This document shows positions 30,821-34,247 of a stretch of DNA of 34,247 bases, piece after piece (the first letter of the stretch is position 1; the number at the start of each line of letters is the position of its first letter). The stretch is from Cyanobacteria bacterium P01_A01_bin.83 (GTDB taxonomy: Bacteria > Cyanobacteriota > Cyanobacteriia > Cyanobacteriales > Xenococcaceae). Where the stretch lies: positions 1 through 34,247 of the forward strand of contig JBCCDL010000001.1 of the NCBI GenBank assembly GCA_039030815.1, written 5' to 3'. A model generated the notes under the pieces. It was not told where the DNA came from. It ran no database searches and saw only the letters and a program-made list of their open reading frames with translations. The position numbers and the translations under genes are program-made.

Positions 30821-31405
30821 CTATATTCCATATTTGCTTAAGGGTTCTCCCCATAAACTGAGATTAATAACATGCCCTCCTGCCACCAAGTAAGTAACAT
30901 CAGCCATATTACTTATCTGCCGTGATAGTTTTCCTAGGCGATCGCGAAATAGTCTGCCCAGAGGATACGCTGGGACTACACCCCATCCTGTCTCTTCACT
31001 AACTAAAATTACCGACGCCGAGGTATTAACCAGACTTGTCAACAGGCGATCGCATATTTGTTGCCATTGTGCTTGATTACTCTCCATAAAATTGGCGACC
31101 CAGGTACCTAAAGAATCAATTAATAGACATTCTGAGACGGAAGCTCGATCAAGATAAATCGATAATTCACCAGATGCCGATACAGTCTGCCAGCTTGGCG
31201 GTCGCCGAGAGAAATGTTTAGCTATTTTGGCTTGCCACTCGTGATCTGTCGGATCTACTTGAGCAGTGGCAATATAAATCACTTTTTGGTTACTTCTAGC
31301 TGCTAATGCTTCTGCTAATTCACTTTTTCCTGAACTGCTTGGTCCGGTCACTAAAATAATTTTAGTTGGAGAACACCCTCTTACATCAGACTGCATCAGA
31401 ATCAT
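30821..31405 (-). CDS. cobU: Bifunctional adenosylcobinamide kinase / phosphate guanylyltransferase
   Basis: ILVTGPSSSGKS P-loop, YIATA, I.KH..RRP..W, LIDSL..W, VSEETGWGVVP...GRLFRD.LG, VAG. Confidence 0.92.
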   Translation of the reverse strand: MILMQSDVRGCSPTKIILVTGPSSSGKSELAEALAARSNQKVIYIATAQVDPTDHEWQAKIAKHFSRRPPSWQTVSASGELSIYLDRASVSECLLIDSLGTWVANFMESNQAQWQQICDRLLTSLVNTSASVILVSEETGWGVVPAYPLGRLFRDRLGKLSRQISNMADVTYLVAGGHVINLSLWGEPLSKYGI

Positions 31406-31935
31406 ACATCTAACCTGAAATTCAAATATGTAAATATCCAGTCACAGTTGTTTATAGACTGTCAACTCACAACTTATATTAAATATTTTTACTCTTTTGT
31501 CTTGAATAGTAAATTGATATTTTATCCAAGAACTAAAATAATAGCTAATATCGAAATCTAAAGGCAGTACCGACCTTGCTCATATTTGATGTTGCGATCA
31601 TACAGGTTGTATTGTCACTATTTGCTCATTAGCATTTTTAAATAGCAAAAGTCAAGATTTTTCCTGGGTTATTGTTATTTAAAAGAACTCACAACTCAAA
31701 ATTCAAAGAAGATCTGCTCGGAGCAACAATTTTTACTCAAATCAGTGATTGGTTAAACCCAACCAAATAATTTAAAATAAATTATTAGGATATTATTAAA
31801 AAAAAACTAATTATTACTAAAAATTTGTGACAACAGTGTAAATAAACGGTATATTTTTTATAATGTCAATTAAAATCAAATAAATAGATATTTGATTAGA
31901 CTCAAACTTAATTTAAAGCGAAATACAAATAAATT

Positions 31936-32328
31936 ATGAGCGAAGCAGCTACTGCACCATTAACAGGAAAAGCGTTATTGCAAAAAGTTAAAGAATTATC
32001 ACATTTACCAAGACGTGAAACAGCTAAAAAGTGCGGCTATTTCACCACTACTAAAGATAAGCAAACGCGCGTAAACTTGACTGATTTTTACGATGCAGTG
32101 CTTGCTGCTAAAGGAGTTCCTTTAGATCCAGAAGGAGCCAAAGATGGTCGTGGTCGAGAGCCTACTTATCGCGTAAGTGTTCATAAAAATGGTCAAATTG
32201 TAATTGGTTCGACCTACACTCAGGCGATGGGATTGAAAGAAGGTGATAAATTTGAAATCAAGTTAGGCTATAAACACATCCATCTCAAACAAATCGATGG
32301 TGAAGAAAATGGTGCCACCCAAAATTAA
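31936..32328 (+). CDS. Cyanobacterial AbrB-like transcriptional regulator (cyAbrB1/CalA-like)
   Basis: LTGKALLQKVKEL....RETAK.CGY, GRGREPTYRVSVHKNGQIVIG..YT, FEIKLGYKHIHL. Confidence 0.92.
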   Translation: MSEAATAPLTGKALLQKVKELSHLPRRETAKKCGYFTTTKDKQTRVNLTDFYDAVLAAKGVPLDPEGAKDGRGREPTYRVSVHKNGQIVIGSTYTQAMGLKEGDKFEIKLGYKHIHLKQIDGEENGATQN

Positions 32329-32384
32329 CTGTGTGTCTGGTAACTTTAGACGGCAAAAACTAGACTTTCTAGATTTAAAGTCAG

Positions 32385-33227
32385 ATGTTTTTATCTGAAC
32401 TATTCCCTATGTTGAGCGCATCATGGTTTAAAGTGCTTGCTTTTTTTGGGCTATGGGCTGCTATTTGGTTGCCGATTGCACTGTTGATATCTAAATTGAT
32501 CGACTGGCAACCAAAAGAACCTTTAACACTAAAACAAAAGCTAATACTACTGTCATCCCTCTATATTCTTGTTCCTGGAATAGTAGCGTGGAAAATCAAT
32601 GTAGAATCATTGTCTTTAGCAGTCATCGGATTAAGTCCAGTATCGAATCTGTTGCGCGATCAACTCTTGGGGTTAATGCTTAGTCTTGTCAGTCTAGCAA
32701 TTATTTTTAGCTTAGAGTTGGCTTTTAGATTAATAGATTGGCATTGGCATCATCTAAAAAAAATACCGACCCTTATTTTACCGATCTTCTGTTTGAGTTT
32801 AATAATTAGCTTAATTGAAGAATTGGTGTTTCGCGGTTATGTATTTATTACTTTGCTAGCCGACAATTCATGGTGGTTTGCAGCGATCGCATCTAGTTTA
32901 ATTTTTGCCTTGCTGCATCTAATTTGGGAAAGAAAGCAAACAGTAGCGCAACTCCCAGGCTTATTTCTGATGGGCATAGTATTGGTAATGGCTAGGACAT
33001 TGGCTCATGATAGTCTTTATCTGGCAATTGGGCTACACACAGGATGGATTTGGGGTTTGACCTGTATTGATTCAGCAGGATTGATAACCTACAGGCATCA
33101 AAATCACTGGATGACAGGAATCAATCAGCAACCTTTAGCTGGGTTTGCTGGTTTACTCTGTTTGGGAATTACTGGTTTAACTTTGTTCGGTCTTTTCTCC
33201 AGTCACCTATTGTTAGTTATAAATTAG
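32385..33227 (+). CDS. CPBP (CAAX/Abi) family intramembrane metalloprotease
   Basis: EELVFRG, FALLH, AIGLH motifs; multiple TM segments. Confidence 0.9.
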   Translation: MFLSELFPMLSASWFKVLAFFGLWAAIWLPIALLISKLIDWQPKEPLTLKQKLILLSSLYILVPGIVAWKINVESLSLAVIGLSPVSNLLRDQLLGLMLSLVSLAIIFSLELAFRLIDWHWHHLKKIPTLILPIFCLSLIISLIEELVFRGYVFITLLADNSWWFAAIASSLIFALLHLIWERKQTVAQLPGLFLMGIVLVMARTLAHDSLYLAIGLHTGWIWGLTCIDSAGLITYRHQNHWMTGINQQPLAGFAGLLCLGITGLTLFGLFSSHLLLVIN

Positions 33228-33517
33228 ACCAAATAAATAAGTATTAAACTACTTGGTTTATTAATTGGGATAATAACTTGATGAGGATGAACAACTATCT
33301 AAGCTATTTTATCCTTGATCGGGCAATCTACTCCTACATGAATAATTAAATTTTATGGTCAAGTAAACCATAATAGAGAACATAAAATAAATTGATGTAA
33401 CATATCAAAATAGGCGCTATGCCAGTAACAATATTATTAGATTTTAATTGAACTGAAGCTAATCAATTATATCTACTTAATCTTTAAAAATAAACAATTT
33501 ATTATTTGACCGTCTCT

Positions 33518-33715
33518 TTAGAGTGTGTTTGTAAAGTAAACATTAAATCGTTAAGGATATTGAGTAACGAGTAACGAGTAATGAGTAATGAGTAGGAAAT
33601 AGAGAGGATCAAAAACCCATCTTATCTCCCCAACATGCGGGCAAGCCCTTTGTCCCCGTCTCCCCATCTCCTTGCACAATTTTGCCTTAATTTTTTATCC
33701 CGAAACAGTCTCTTA
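33518..33715. mobile_element. MITE-like element with GAG(TG/AC)TGTTT TIRs and TTA direct repeats, containing STRRs and a 22-nt dispersed repeat
   Basis: TTA|GAGTGTGTTT ... AAACAGTCTC|TTA; internal (GAGTAA(C/T))4 GAGTAG at 33562-33595 and TCCCCGTC-TCCCCATC repeats. Confidence 0.55.
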
Positions 33716-33852
33716 GGGCGGTGTAACGGTGACCTGAGATTCATATATTCAGTGAATATTTATTTAATGACGGTTGAAACTTGAAGATAAGTAGCATTAG
33801 GGATTATAAATAACAAAACAGAAATACTTTGTTCCTTCATCCCTTATTTCTC

Positions 33853-34247
33853 ATGGGCAGATATATCTTACCTGAGTTTATTCCCACCGTATCTGAGAAG
33901 TTTAATCGGATTATTACCCCAAGTAAAGCGATCGCTTCTTATTTGAAAGTTCCTCACTACAGTCTTGAAAGTCTTACTCAAAATATAGTGCGACGGCAAG
34001 GGATAGGGATAGCTTCTGCTTTATTAAGTCGCCGTTTGTTGCAAAATGCGGTTTCAGAAGTGATTGATACCAAGGATGTTGAAGGAGTAGCCAGAGCATT
34101 TTTAACGACAATCAAAGATTTATTACGGAGTGGAATTGATTTAACTAAGCTGCAACAACACCCTAATTCTAGAATTCAGAGTCTAGGTAAGTTGGGGTTG
34201 GTTTATCAACGCAACTTAAGACAGATCAAGCGCATTGATTCAGCAGA
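33853..34247 (+). CDS. N-terminal part of a large protein running off the window; tentatively AddB-like / PD-(D/E)XK nuclease family
   Basis: Open frame from ATG 33853 to the window end: MGRYILPEFIPTVSEKFNRIITPSKAIASYLKVPHYSLESLTQNIVRRQGIGIASALLSRRLLQNAV...YQRNLRQIKRIDSA; IITP start and Y...L....ID resemble AddB-like N-termini; catalytic motifs not visible. Confidence 0.45.
   Translation, partial: MGRYILPEFIPTVSEKFNRIITPSKAIASYLKVPHYSLESLTQNIVRRQGIGIASALLSRRLLQNAVSEVIDTKDVEGVARAFLTTIKDLLRSGIDLTKLQQHPNSRIQSLGKLGLVYQRNLRQIKRIDSA

Noticed and set aside
31406-31935. Cobalamin riboswitch upstream of cobU
   Set aside because: AT-rich, with no B12-box or conserved core motifs visible.
32385-33227. 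Abortive-infection defence gene
   Set aside because: The Abi label of the CPBP family is historical; the motifs indicate a membrane metalloprotease and there is no defence context.
33562-33595. CRISPR-like array
   Set aside because: Contiguous heptamers without spacers (STRR); no cas genes in the window.

Overview
Cyanobacterial chromosomal window (phycobilisome genes; about 29 copies of the HIP1 octamer GCGATCGC by manual count; the repeat repertoire suggests a Pleurocapsales/Chroococcales-type genome, which is inference). Left part is a core photosynthesis/division block: 3' end of petA, apcE, apcA-apcB-apcC, ftsW. Next come a probable 6S RNA (minus strand), a tandem-kinase/TM/TPR protein, mscS, a non-catalytic M16 peptidase, a pentapeptide/TPR protein and a minus-strand run sigD - DUF760 - mutT - patA-like. 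Then an S9 peptidase, a CDP-alcohol phosphatidyltransferase, a homocysteine S-methyltransferase, a SAM methyltransferase, a three-gene two-component cluster, a P450, cobU, cyAbrB, a CPBP protease and a truncated ORF. Most notable: (1) the CDP-alcohol phosphatidyltransferase carries eukaryotic phosphatidylinositol-synthase signatures along its whole length and is flanked by miniature mobile elements; (2) both kinase domains of the 1038-aa protein look like pseudokinases with complementary lesions; (3) intergenic regions hold a modular family of tiny nested hairpin elements sharing GGGCGTAA / TTGAC / GAAGTCAACGCA modules, plus several MITE-like elements. No CRISPR array, rRNA, tRNA or intact transposase was seen. 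All homology calls come from motif recognition, not database searches.
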